From the NCBI RefSeq assembly GCF_000737315.1, contig NZ_JMCB01000003.1, positions 620,001 to 684,000 on the forward strand: 64,000 bases of DNA, given 5' to 3'. Source of the DNA: Hyalangium minutum (GTDB lineage Bacteria; Myxococcota; Myxococcia; Myxococcales; Myxococcaceae). The notes beneath the pieces were generated by a model. It did no database searches and was not told the DNA's origin. It worked only from the letters and a program-made list of their open reading frames with translations. The position numbers and the translations under genes were made by a program. This document shows positions 54,033 to 63,282 of this stretch, piece by piece (position 1 is the stretch's first letter; every line of letters starts with the position of its first letter).

Positions 54033-54146
54033 GGACCACCTAATTGGGTGCCTTATAGCAGGAGACCCGGTGCGCGCAACGAGCGGAAGGACGTAGCCGC
54101 ACTCCCTGGGGCTGACCGAACCGCCAACGCCCACCTGACAGTGTTC

Positions 54147-54938
54147 TCACCCCGTCACTGTCAGGAACTGCGGAGCTTGGTCCCTCCGGAGCGGGAGGGT
54201 CCGCTGGCAGCGTACCTTCAAGGGCAGCCCTCGGGCCCGACGCACCCCCACCGCTGCCATGTGCCGCTGAGAAGGGCCCAGTTGGACGAACTGCCAGGTC
54301 TCCGGGTCGTCCTTCAGCCGTGGATCGAAGGCGATCCGGGGATGCTCTCCGGGCTGAAGTTCGAACGCGAACTGCTCCAGCGGCAGGGAGAGCCCCATCC
54401 CTCGCGCCTTGATGTACGCCTCCTTCAAGGTCCAGTACTCGAAGAAGCGCGCCCGCTGGCGCGAGGCTTCCAACGCCCTGAGTGCCTTGACCTCCGAAGG
54501 CGCGAAGAACCGGTCGGCGATCTCCACCGTCTCTCCCTTCCGGAGGGCATCCTCCACATCCACGCCCACGTCCGTGTCTCGCGCCACCGCCACCATCACC
54601 ATCCCGTCCGTGTGGCTGAGGTTGAAGCGCAGCCATGCGTTCCCCTCCCCCTCCACTCGCGGGCAGCCGTACTCGTTCGTGACGAAGGTCCACTCCTGGG
54701 GCTCCACGGGCGCGTAGCGCGACAGCGTCAGCCGCACCAGCGCATGCGAGACCAGGTACTGCCGCTGGTGCTTCTCGAAATAGAACCGGCGCTGCTTCTC
54801 TCGCTCCTCGGGGTTCAGCAGACCCAGGTACGTATCCAGCAAGCCCGGGTCTTCTATCTCCTCGGGTACAGCCATCCAGACGTGGACCTCGTCCTGCGGC
54901 AGCGGCATCAACGAATGCGGGGAAGAGCCCGGTGTCAT
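54147..54938 (-). CDS. Sfp-type 4'-phosphopantetheinyl transferase
   Basis: YGCP, FNLSHT, VGVDVE, FFEYWTLKEAYIKARGMGL; start 54938 or 54908. Confidence 0.92.
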   Translation of the reverse strand: MTPGSSPHSLMPLPQDEVHVWMAVPEEIEDPGLLDTYLGLLNPEEREKQRRFYFEKHQRQYLVSHALVRLTLSRYAPVEPQEWTFVTNEYGCPRVEGEGNAWLRFNLSHTDGMVMVAVARDTDVGVDVEDALRKGETVEIADRFFAPSEVKALRALEASRQRARFFEYWTLKEAYIKARGMGLSLPLEQFAFELQPGEHPRIAFDPRLKDDPETWQFVQLGPSQRHMAAVGVRRARGLPLKVRCQRTLPLRRDQAPQFLTVTG

Positions 54939-55074
54939 GTAGGGCCAAGCGAAGCAGGCTCCGTCCTCCTTGTCACGAACCCCATACGTCCATGCCTCCC
55001 CGTCCCACCTCCCTCCAGCTAGGCTGATCCCTGACTGCTCGCGGCCATATCCGCCGCGCCTCCCGGGAGCCCCT

Positions 55075-56277
55075 GTGGACCTCCGCACCGCGACGCCCAA
55101 ACTCCAGACGCTCCGCGCTCTGATGACCGGTCACACTGATCGCCACGAGGAGCAGCAGATCCTCCAGCTCTTCGAGGCCGCCACCGCCGCCGAGCTCAAC
55201 TACCTGCTCACCAATGTGGATGTGGAGGCGCTCTTCTCCGACGTGGACGACCGGCTCGTCGGCCCGGACAATCTCACCGCGTTACTCGAGCTGCTGTGCG
55301 TCAAGCGCGCCCACGAACTGGGCTTACCCGTACGCGGCGGCCTCATGTTCTCGCTCCAGAAGGGCCCCACTCCCCTGTTGGCCGAGCGGATGATCCGAGC
55401 CCTCTTCCTCGGCCTGCGCGGCCGCGAGCTCACCGAGTTCAAGAACCTGCTCGATGGCCGGGGCAACTACCGGGACCTGCAGCAGCTCGTGTTCTCCGAT
55501 GTGGATGATCCGGCCATCCGCCAGGACATCCTCGACCACATCCAGCGCGAGGCCCTCACCGCCCCGAGCGGCGAGAACAAGGTCCTCAGCGACATCGACG
55601 ACACGTTCATCTGCAACTGGAAGGACACGCGCTACCCGCCCAAGACCGTGTACCCCGGCGTGCTCCAGTTCTACCGCGAGCTCGATCGCGGTCCCGGCGT
55701 CATCCCCGGCCGCGAGGGCGATCTGACCTTCGTCAGTGCCCGGCCCATGGATCCCCTCGGGTTCATCGAAGACAAGACGCTCGAGACTCTGCGCCAGCAT
55801 GGGGTGGGCGCGGCGGTGATGCTCGCCGGCGCCTTCACCCACCTCATCGGCAACGCCCGCATCGCGGAGAAGAAGTTCGACAACTTCACCCGCTATGCCC
55901 AGCTCTATCCCGAATATGGCTTCGTCTTCACCGGCGACAGCGGCCAGGGAGACGTGGCCTTCGGCGAGCAGATGCTGGCGGCCCACCCGGCCCTGGTCCG
56001 CGCCATCTTCATTCACGACGTCGTCGCCACCCCCGAGTCCGTCCGGAAGGCCTGGCGCGCCCAGCGCATCTTCTTCTTCGACACCTATGTGGGCGCCGCC
56101 GTGGAGGCCTATGAGGTGGGCGTCATCGCCAGGGACGGCGTGGCCCGCGTGGCCCGCGCCACCCAGGAAGAGCTGGAGAAGATCACCTTCACCTCCGAGG
56201 CTCAGCGCCAGGATCGGCGCGAGGAGCTCACCCGGGATCTCCAGCGCGCCGAGGCCCTCAGTGCTCCTCGGCCATGA
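55075..56277 (+). CDS. App1-like phosphatidate phosphatase (HAD-like, DUF2183)
   Basis: KVLSDIDDT (DxDDT), VYPGV, FVSARP, FTGDSGQGD; GTG 55075 after GGAG. Confidence 0.75.
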   Translation: MDLRTATPKLQTLRALMTGHTDRHEEQQILQLFEAATAAELNYLLTNVDVEALFSDVDDRLVGPDNLTALLELLCVKRAHELGLPVRGGLMFSLQKGPTPLLAERMIRALFLGLRGRELTEFKNLLDGRGNYRDLQQLVFSDVDDPAIRQDILDHIQREALTAPSGENKVLSDIDDTFICNWKDTRYPPKTVYPGVLQFYRELDRGPGVIPGREGDLTFVSARPMDPLGFIEDKTLETLRQHGVGAAVMLAGAFTHLIGNARIAEKKFDNFTRYAQLYPEYGFVFTGDSGQGDVAFGEQMLAAHPALVRAIFIHDVVATPESVRKAWRAQRIFFFDTYVGAAVEAYEVGVIARDGVARVARATQEELEKITFTSEAQRQDRREELTRDLQRAEALSAPRP

Positions 56278-58969
56278 CGCCGACATCCAGCGCGAGATCG
56301 AAGGAGAGATCCGGCGAGGTCGCCCCCACCTGCTTCACCATCACCGCGAGGGTGTTCTCCCCCACCACGAACGGATTGGGTGACAGCGCCAGGTTCACGG
56401 TCTCCTGCTGGTTGTTCACGCTCAGCGAGGCGTACTTGGCATGCGCCGGGTTGTTCACGTTGCGCGAGAACACCTGCACTCCATTGACGTAGACCACCAC
56501 CCCGTCATCAAAGAGCGCGCGCAGGGTGGCCGACATGGCCATGCTCGGGAGGGTGAACTTCTTGCGGAAGTAGACGGAGGTCTGCGCGGGAGCTGTCTTG
56601 TTGAGCACCGTGGCCTCGTCCAAGTCTCCGTAGCCCAGCTGCCCCGCGCCGGATCTCCACGCCGAGTCATTGAAGCTTGGCTGGTTCCACGAAGCTCCCG
56701 GATCCAGGCCGCTGTCCTCGTACTTCCACGTGGAGCCGAACGCGATCACCGACAGGCGAAGCTGCTCACTGATCGTGAAGGGAGCATCGCTCGCGTCCGA
56801 TAGCCCCCCCCCTGCCTTGGTGACCCGTACCAGCGCCTGGGTGGTTTCCACGGTGGGCACCCTCCACGAATAGCCCCCCGAACTGGACGACACCCCCGAG
56901 GCAATGGGCGTCCAGGTAGCTCCCAGATCCGTCGAGTACGCCAGATCCACCGCGGTCACGCTCCCCCCGCTGTCCCAGCGAAGAGAGACAATCCGCCCGG
57001 GATGGAGGGTCTCGCCTCCATTGGGCGTCACCATGCGCAGCGAGTCCGGGAGCGGCCCCTGCATCTTCTCCACCTCGAGCCCCAGCGCGAAGGTCAGGTC
57101 ATTCGAGCCGCCACCCACCTGCTTCACGATCGCCGTGATGACGTTCTCGCCGACCACGAACGGGTTGGGTGACATGGGCAGCGTGGCCCGGCTGTACTCA
57201 TTGGTCGCGGACGACGAGGCATAGAGGGAGAAACCAACCCCCCTGTCCACGTACTTGGAGAAGACCGGCACGCCATTGATCCACACCTGCACGCCGTCAT
57301 CGTGCAGCACATCCAGACGCGCGACCGTGATCGGCGCATCCAGGGTGAACTTCTTGCGGAAGTACACGGAGGGCTGCGACGGAATGGTGCGGGGGATCAC
57401 CGTGTTCTCGTCCCCGTCTCCGAAGCCGAGTTGCCCTGGCCCTGACGGCCATGCCGAGTCGTCATAGTCCACCGAGATCCACGACGTGCCGAGATCCACG
57501 TTGCTGGCCTCGTACTTCCAGACGTCGCTGAAGTTGATGACCCGGGTGCCCTTGGGCTTCACCGCCTCCACCCGGACGATCCTCGCCACGGAAGGCACCC
57601 CCTGCGCGTTCACCAGGAAGAGCATGTACGGCCCCGGAGGCGCCGCGATGCTCGTCTCAGGCGCGGTGACGGAGATGCCCCCACCCGCTGGCGTGAAGTT
57701 CAGCGTGAGCAACCGCTGGTTCTGATCGAACGCATGCGTCACCGAGGCCAGGGAGATCAGCGTCACCTTCTGGATCCCCGTATCAGGCGTGGACACGAAG
57801 AAGCGCGTCCCGGGCGTTACCACGGCCGGCGCCGAGGAAATTCTCGGACGCGGCCCCTTGAAGAGGTAGGGAGGCGAGAACACCTGCGCGGTGTGCACCA
57901 GACGTCCGCCCGCACTGAGCACCCGCCCATCCGGCAACAGCACCGAGGTGGAGTGATACCCCCGGTAGGCCGAGCCGTTGGCGAGCGACGTCCACGTGTT
58001 CGTGGCGGGATTCCAGACCTCCGCGTGGTAGGCCGCCCCGTCGGCGTTGTTGAATCCACTGGCACTGCTGCCGCCTGTCACCAGCACCGTGCCATCCGGC
58101 AGCAAGGTGGTGTTGTGCTGCCGCCGAGGCACGCTCATGGGCGCCATGGCCTGCCACGTGGGCGCGTCGCTGTTGAGATCCAGGAGTTCCACCGTTTCCG
58201 TCGGAGGATTCCCTCCCCCCACGAGCAGGATCTTGTTGTCGAACATCACCGCGCCACCGTACGGCCTCCCCTCGCTGAAGAGAGTCTGCGCGGACTCGAA
58301 CCACACCCCCGTCCCCTCCGGCTCCAGGTAGTAGGTCGTCTGCCCCGGCCCGACGTAGAGAAGCTTGCCGTTGGGCGCCAGGAACATTCGCGGGTAGTAC
58401 GGCAGATTCATCCTCGCCGTGGTGAGGCTCCTCCACGTGCTTGAGGCCGCATCCCAGCGCTGCGGGAGATCGTTGTTCGTGCCCGCCCCCGTGGTCTCGC
58501 CGGACAGCACGACCACGTCCCCGTTGGGCAGCGTCGTATTCGTGGGATACCAGCGCTTGTCGTTCATGTCCGGCGCGTGATCCCACGAGGACGTGAGCGG
58601 GTTGAAGATGACCGCGTGGGGCTCGCCCACATGCGACTCCATGTGTCCCCCGGTGATGAGCAGCCGACCATCGGCCAGGTATGAGTGCCCCGAGCAGAAG
58701 ATGTTGTAGTGCGGCTGGGGCAGCTCCGAGAGGTTGTCCGTGACGGGATCCCAGAGATAGGGCCAGAAGCCCTCCTCGAACTCCCCGAAGAAGAACACCT
58801 TGCCCGTAGGCAGCATGGTGACGTGGGTCGCGGAGATGGGCCACGTCACCAGCGGCCCCCACTGGCCAGACTCCGAGGGGCTCTGTGCCTCCGCAGGATT
58901 GTTCCACAAGATCCACGCCACACACAGAACCCGCACTCCAAGTCTCAGCCACGGACCGCAAGCTCTCAT
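56258..58969 (-). CDS. fbfB: Secreted galactose-oxidase-like copper radical oxidase (AA5/Kelch + DUF1929) with C-terminal beta-sandwich domains; FbfB-like
   Basis: Signal peptide (AEA/Q); IFCSG (Cys), RWYPT (Tyr), RGYHS (Tyr-His), SVTHAF (His), APPGPYMLF. The symbol rests on recalled divergent fbfA/fbfB synteny in Stigmatella. Confidence 0.85.
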   Translation of the reverse strand: MRACGPWLRLGVRVLCVAWILWNNPAEAQSPSESGQWGPLVTWPISATHVTMLPTGKVFFFGEFEEGFWPYLWDPVTDNLSELPQPHYNIFCSGHSYLADGRLLITGGHMESHVGEPHAVIFNPLTSSWDHAPDMNDKRWYPTNTTLPNGDVVVLSGETTGAGTNNDLPQRWDAASSTWRSLTTARMNLPYYPRMFLAPNGKLLYVGPGQTTYYLEPEGTGVWFESAQTLFSEGRPYGGAVMFDNKILLVGGGNPPTETVELLDLNSDAPTWQAMAPMSVPRRQHNTTLLPDGTVLVTGGSSASGFNNADGAAYHAEVWNPATNTWTSLANGSAYRGYHSTSVLLPDGRVLSAGGRLVHTAQVFSPPYLFKGPRPRISSAPAVVTPGTRFFVSTPDTGIQKVTLISLASVTHAFDQNQRLLTLNFTPAGGGISVTAPETSIAAPPGPYMLFLVNAQGVPSVARIVRVEAVKPKGTRVINFSDVWKYEASNVDLGTSWISVDYDDSAWPSGPGQLGFGDGDENTVIPRTIPSQPSVYFRKKFTLDAPITVARLDVLHDDGVQVWINGVPVFSKYVDRGVGFSLYASSSATNEYSRATLPMSPNPFVVGENVITAIVKQVGGGSNDLTFALGLEVEKMQGPLPDSLRMVTPNGGETLHPGRIVSLRWDSGGSVTAVDLAYSTDLGATWTPIASGVSSSSGGYSWRVPTVETTQALVRVTKAGGGLSDASDAPFTISEQLRLSVIAFGSTWKYEDSGLDPGASWNQPSFNDSAWRSGAGQLGYGDLDEATVLNKTAPAQTSVYFRKKFTLPSMAMSATLRALFDDGVVVYVNGVQVFSRNVNNPAHAKYASLSVNNQQETVNLALSPNPFVVGENTLAVMVKQVGATSPDLSFDLALDVGVMAEEH
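56270..57545 (-). repeat. Intragenic duplication of a ~160-aa domain (copy 1 ~57065-57545, copy 2 ~56270-56760)
   Basis: VINFSDVWKY...SAWPSGPGQLGFGDGDENTV...SVYFRKKFTL...DDGVQVWING...PNPFVVGENVI...DLTFAL vs VIAFGSTWKY...SAWRSGAGQLGYGDLDEATV...SVYFRKKFTL...DDGVVVYVNG...PNPFVVGENTL...DLSFDL. Confidence 0.9.
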
Positions 58970-59172
58970 TCTGCCCCCTGAGTTCGTCGGTGGGCAGGCA
59001 ACCTAATATCGACACACCCGAGTCCAAGGATCCCTCACAGCCGAGCGCCGTGCGCGACAGAGGACGTCAGCCCGCGCTCAGCCCGGTGCATCACCCTCCA
59101 AGGCAGGTTGCTCCCCAGCGTCGGGGGCTCGACCTTTCGCGCCGCACAGGCACGCGGAGGGCTTCTTGACCG

Positions 59173-60402
59173 ATGGAACTCTTTCCCATCCAGATGCTGT
59201 TCCTCGTTGTGCTGATGAACCGCTACATCCTCGGGCCGCTGCTGCGGCGGCTCCAAGGTCCCCGGTTCGATGCCACGAACGACGACTATGAGCCCACCGT
59301 GGCCATCATCATCCCGCTCTACAACGAGGGTGAGGGCATCTACCACGCCATCCTCAGCCTCCTCGAGCAGGACTACCCAGCGGACAAGCTGCAGATCATC
59401 GTCGTCGACGACTGCTCGAAGGACGACAGCTACGCGTGGGCCCAGAAGGCCGCCCAGGGCCGCCGCAATGTCCTGGTGATGCGCAACCCCACCAACATGG
59501 GCAAGCGCAAGGGCATCAACCGCGGCGTGCGCGCCACCCAGGCGGAGATCATCGTCTCGGTGGACTCGGACGTGATCGTGGATCGCAGCGCCGTGCGCCA
59601 GCTCATCCGCCGGTTCCTCTACCCGAACGTGGCCGCCGTCGGGGGCCGCACGTATGTGACCAACCGCCACCAGAACTGGCTCACGCGCATGATCGAGATC
59701 AAGTTCCACTTCGCCCAGGAGTGGCTCAAGGATCTGGAGCGGAGCTTCCGCACGGTGATGTGCCTGTCGGGCTGCCTCACCGCGTACCGCCGCAGCGTGC
59801 TGGAGGAGCTGGAGCCCATCCTCGAGGCCCGCGCCATCGCGGGTATCCCCATCAAGTACGGCGAGGACCGCTTCCTCACCCGCCAGATCATCAAGGCGGG
59901 CTACGAGACCATCTACACGACCGAGGCGTTCTGCTTCACCGCCGCGCCCGCCAACCTGGCCGGCTACTTCGCGCAGCAGCTGCGCTGGCGGCGCTCCAAC
60001 CTGGTGGACATGATCGGCGGGCTGAGCCACGCGTGGCGGCTGCACCCTGTCGTCGCCGTCCACTACGTCTCGCAGCTCGCGCTGCTGCTCTCCTACCCCA
60101 TCGTCATCATCCACAACGTCCTGAACGATGAGTTCTGGGACATCCTCACCATGCACGTGCTGGTGGTGGCCTTCCTGGGCTTCATCTACCGCAGGGAGAC
60201 CCGCCACCTGCCCGAGGACCGCCGCGTCCCCGCACTCTGCTTCCTTCCCATGGCGCTGATGATGCCGGTCACCTATGCGCTCTTCACTCCCTTGGCCCTG
60301 CTGACCCTGGACTCGGGCAGCTGGGAGACCCGCGGCAGTCCCGCCAGCGCGGTCCCGTCTCCACCCCAGGATCTCTCGCTCTCCTCCTCTTCACCCGGGT
60401 AG
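59173..60402 (+). CDS. fbfA: Processive GT2 glycosyltransferase, hyaluronan-synthase/NodC/chitin-synthase-like; FbfA-like
   Basis: PLYNE, VVDDCSKD, GKR, SVDSD (DxD), CLSGCL, GEDRFLT, QQLRWRR (QxxRW); one N-terminal and about three C-terminal TM segments. Confidence 0.88.
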   Translation: MELFPIQMLFLVVLMNRYILGPLLRRLQGPRFDATNDDYEPTVAIIIPLYNEGEGIYHAILSLLEQDYPADKLQIIVVDDCSKDDSYAWAQKAAQGRRNVLVMRNPTNMGKRKGINRGVRATQAEIIVSVDSDVIVDRSAVRQLIRRFLYPNVAAVGGRTYVTNRHQNWLTRMIEIKFHFAQEWLKDLERSFRTVMCLSGCLTAYRRSVLEELEPILEARAIAGIPIKYGEDRFLTRQIIKAGYETIYTTEAFCFTAAPANLAGYFAQQLRWRRSNLVDMIGGLSHAWRLHPVVAVHYVSQLALLLSYPIVIIHNVLNDEFWDILTMHVLVVAFLGFIYRRETRHLPEDRRVPALCFLPMALMMPVTYALFTPLALLTLDSGSWETRGSPASAVPSPPQDLSLSSSSPG

Positions 60403-60410
60403 GACGTTCC

Positions 60411-61505
60411 ATGAACCAGCAAGTCGCCAACAAAGTGAACTCGGTCGCCGTGAACGCCTACAAGGCGCTGGGCACCGTCCTGCTCGGCCTCATCTTGCTC
60501 GGGTTCATCAGCTACTTGAGCCTCCAAGGCTTCTTCCTCGTGAGCCGGAGCTGGGTGGCACCCACCATCCTCTCCCCCACGGATCCAGAGATCCTCCAAC
60601 TCAACGCGCAGCTCGCCCAGCAGACCTCCGCGCGAGATCAGGTGCTCTCCCACCGAAGAGAGGTCCAGGATCGCCTCAAGGACGCCGAGCGCACCGTCGC
60701 CGCCGAGGAGGACTTCCAGCAGCGCTTCCAAGCCGCGCTGCGCGGTGAGCGCACCTCCCGGAAGCAGGCTCTGCGACGCATGGCCTCCCTGCTCCACACG
60801 TACCAGCAGGCCCGCCAGGAGATCGAGGAGTCCAACCGCGCCTACTCCGGCCTGTCTCGCGTGCGCACCGAGGCGCTCTATGGCGCCCGGCTGCTCGATC
60901 AAGAGGCCCACCTCACCACCAACCACCAGTTGGCGCAGATCGCCCAGAGCAACCTCACGCTGGCGGAGCATGCCGTGGATCTGGAGACGCGGCAGCAAGA
61001 GCTGCGGCGGGAGATTCAGGGCATTGACGCCGCGAGGGCCGGACGCCAAGGCGAAGCCCCCGCGATGACCACGGAGGTGCTCCTGCTGGAGCGCGAGCAC
61101 ACCCGCTCCGTGCTGGAACACGCCCGAACCGAGTCCCTTCGAAATGCGCTCCAGGAGGATCTGCGAGCGCTCGATTCGGCCGCGGAGCGGTACGAGAAGC
61201 TGCTCAGCACCATCCGGGCCGCCCCGCACCTGCGGGCCCTCGAGGGGAACCTCACGGTGGCATTCGTTCCGTACGATAACTTGGAGAGCGCACCTCCTGG
61301 CACGCCGCTCTACGCCTGCTCGGCGAAGTTGGTGTGGTGCCATCAGGTCGGCGTCGTGGGCACGGTGCTGGAGGGAGAGGTGGCGGTGAAGCACCCCATC
61401 CGCCAGCACATCCTGCGAGGCGTCATGGTGGAGCTCCATCTGCAAGACAGGGCCTCTGCCCAGGAAGAGCTGCTGCACCTGGGACGGCCTCCGCTTCTTC
61501 TGTAG
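60411..61505 (+). CDS. Membrane-fusion-protein-like periplasmic adaptor (TM + long coiled coil + beta domain)
   Basis: N-terminal TM (GTVLLGLILLGFISYLSLQGFFLV), ~230 aa Q/E/R-rich helical region, C-terminal beta-rich LTVAFVPYDNL...VGVVGTV...GVMVELHL. Confidence 0.7.
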   Translation: MNQQVANKVNSVAVNAYKALGTVLLGLILLGFISYLSLQGFFLVSRSWVAPTILSPTDPEILQLNAQLAQQTSARDQVLSHRREVQDRLKDAERTVAAEEDFQQRFQAALRGERTSRKQALRRMASLLHTYQQARQEIEESNRAYSGLSRVRTEALYGARLLDQEAHLTTNHQLAQIAQSNLTLAEHAVDLETRQQELRREIQGIDAARAGRQGEAPAMTTEVLLLEREHTRSVLEHARTESLRNALQEDLRALDSAAERYEKLLSTIRAAPHLRALEGNLTVAFVPYDNLESAPPGTPLYACSAKLVWCHQVGVVGTVLEGEVAVKHPIRQHILRGVMVELHLQDRASAQEELLHLGRPPLLL

Positions 61506-61524
61506 CGCCACTGGAGATAGGCAA

Positions 61525-62619
61525 TTGAGGATATCCATCATCGGGAGCACCCTGCTCTGCCTCGCCGCCTGGCATTCGGCGCGAGCCCAGTCAGCCGAGA
61601 CACAGTGGTGCGAGTACATCCGGGGCGTGACCGACTCGGAGACTGCGGTGCTGCTAGCACCCGAGGTCTTCGCCAGCACGGGCATGGTGAACGCCGGAGA
61701 GGCCACGAGCGGAGCCGGAAGTGCTCCGCTGGGGGAACCCAAGCTCCGGATCACCGCGGGCCTGGGCTACGAGCTCGTCGGAGTCTACCGGGGAATGACG
61801 ATCCGACAGCGCGCGGAGGCAGAGTGCCGCCGCCATCAGGCCATTCTGGCGCTTCAGTCCGCGTTGGCGTCCGGACCCGATGCGGGAGCCGGTCCCGCGT
61901 TGAAGGCGCGGCTCGCGGTGCTCGAGCCGGCGCTCCCCGAGGGGGAGCGGATGGTGGAGTCTCTGCGAACGGACGTGCGGGAGGGCCGGGCCACCTTGGA
62001 GGAGCTCGACGCGCTCCAGCTCCGCTTGGATGCCCTCCGGGCCCTGGCGGCGGACACCCTCCGTGCCCAGGAGCGCCTCGCGCACCTGCCTCCCCGGCCG
62101 GAGCAGTCTCTGTCCACGCTGCTCCAGGAGCTACGAGACGCGGAGGATGAGATCGAGCGGCTCTCCGGCAAGGTGCGCCGATCCACCGCCTGGAGCGTTA
62201 CCCTGCGGGGTGGCTACGACGAGCTGATCGACGTGCCCCAGGATCTGCCCCTCTTTGGAACGCTCACCGTCTCCTACAAGCTCGGAGGCCTGAGCCAGTC
62301 CGCGGCCAACCAGCGGGCGCGTTCGGCCCGGCCGAAGGCCCTCGGTGAGGAGGTGGAGGGGCTGCCCCAGCGTGTGGAGCGGCTGCTCGAGCAGCTGCGC
62401 GCCACCCGAAGCGCCGAACAGACCCGGCTGCGAGAGGTCACCGTGCTCATCGGAGATCTGGAAGGCCAGCTCCAGTCCATCCAGTCCCTGGAGACAAGCA
62501 AGATTCGCCGCTTCCATGACTACGTCGTCCTCGAGCTGGCGCGGCTGCGGGCGGAGCAGGCCTGGCTTCGCGCTCACCTGGATGCACTCGGCACTTTTCT
62601 GGGAAGGGAGACACCATGA
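61525..62619 (+). CDS. Exported helical protein with TolC-like beta-strand pairs
   Basis: TTG start after GGAG; signal peptide (ARA/Q); two amphipathic strand pairs (LRITAGLGYELVG; WSVTLRGGY...LFGTLTVSYKLGG) separated by long helices. The TolC likeness is inferred. Confidence 0.6.
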   Translation: MRISIIGSTLLCLAAWHSARAQSAETQWCEYIRGVTDSETAVLLAPEVFASTGMVNAGEATSGAGSAPLGEPKLRITAGLGYELVGVYRGMTIRQRAEAECRRHQAILALQSALASGPDAGAGPALKARLAVLEPALPEGERMVESLRTDVREGRATLEELDALQLRLDALRALAADTLRAQERLAHLPPRPEQSLSTLLQELRDAEDEIERLSGKVRRSTAWSVTLRGGYDELIDVPQDLPLFGTLTVSYKLGGLSQSAANQRARSARPKALGEEVEGLPQRVERLLEQLRATRSAEQTRLREVTVLIGDLEGQLQSIQSLETSKIRRFHDYVVLELARLRAEQAWLRAHLDALGTFLGRETP

Positions 62620-63269
62620 GGTCACCACTGTTCGTCCTGGCGCTGGGGCTCATCAGCCCCGCGCCCATCGCCTGCGCGGGTGAAATGACGCCAACACACT
62701 TCCAGCAAGTCTCCCTCGAGAGTTTCAAAACCACGGAGGGAGTGCTCAAGCCGGGCCAGAAGGAGGGGCAGGTTCTTGTCGACGTCCCCAAGATGCGTGC
62801 GGTCGTCCCCTCCTCCTCCTCCTCAGTGGCGGAGCTGCACTTCACCTACCTGGGACCCACCAGACGCCAACTGCCTCTGGCCTCTGGAGAGAATCGCCTG
62901 CAGGTGGGCCTGAAGCTGCGCGCCCAAGATGCCTGCAATCTGGCGTACGTGATGTGGCGGCTCGCCCCCGAGCCTGGCCTGGTCGTGTCCATCAAGTCCA
63001 ACCCGGGTGACCACGACAGCGACTCTTGCGGGAACCGGGGCTACACCAACTTGGAGCCTCGCCAGGCAGTGCCCGTCCCCCTCATCGTCAAGGGAGACTC
63101 CCACGTGCTCCGCGCGGAGCAGGAAGGGAAGGTGCTGCGCGTCTTCGCGGATGGCATCCTCGTCTGGGAGGGCGAGCTCCCTCGCGAGGCGCTCGCCCTC
63201 AAGGGGCCCGTGGGCCTGCGCTCGGACAACGGCCGCTTCGAGCTGGAGATGTTCGCCCTCCAGCCCTGA
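62616..63269 (+). CDS. Exported ConA-like/DUF1080-like beta-sandwich protein
   Basis: ATGA overlap; signal peptide; SHVLRAEQEGKVLRVFADG...GPVGLRSDNG is a ConA-like end pattern. Confidence 0.65.
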   Translation: MRSPLFVLALGLISPAPIACAGEMTPTHFQQVSLESFKTTEGVLKPGQKEGQVLVDVPKMRAVVPSSSSSVAELHFTYLGPTRRQLPLASGENRLQVGLKLRAQDACNLAYVMWRLAPEPGLVVSIKSNPGDHDSDSCGNRGYTNLEPRQAVPVPLIVKGDSHVLRAEQEGKVLRVFADGILVWEGELPREALALKGPVGLRSDNGRFELEMFALQP

Positions 63270-63282
63270 AGCCTGCTCGAGC

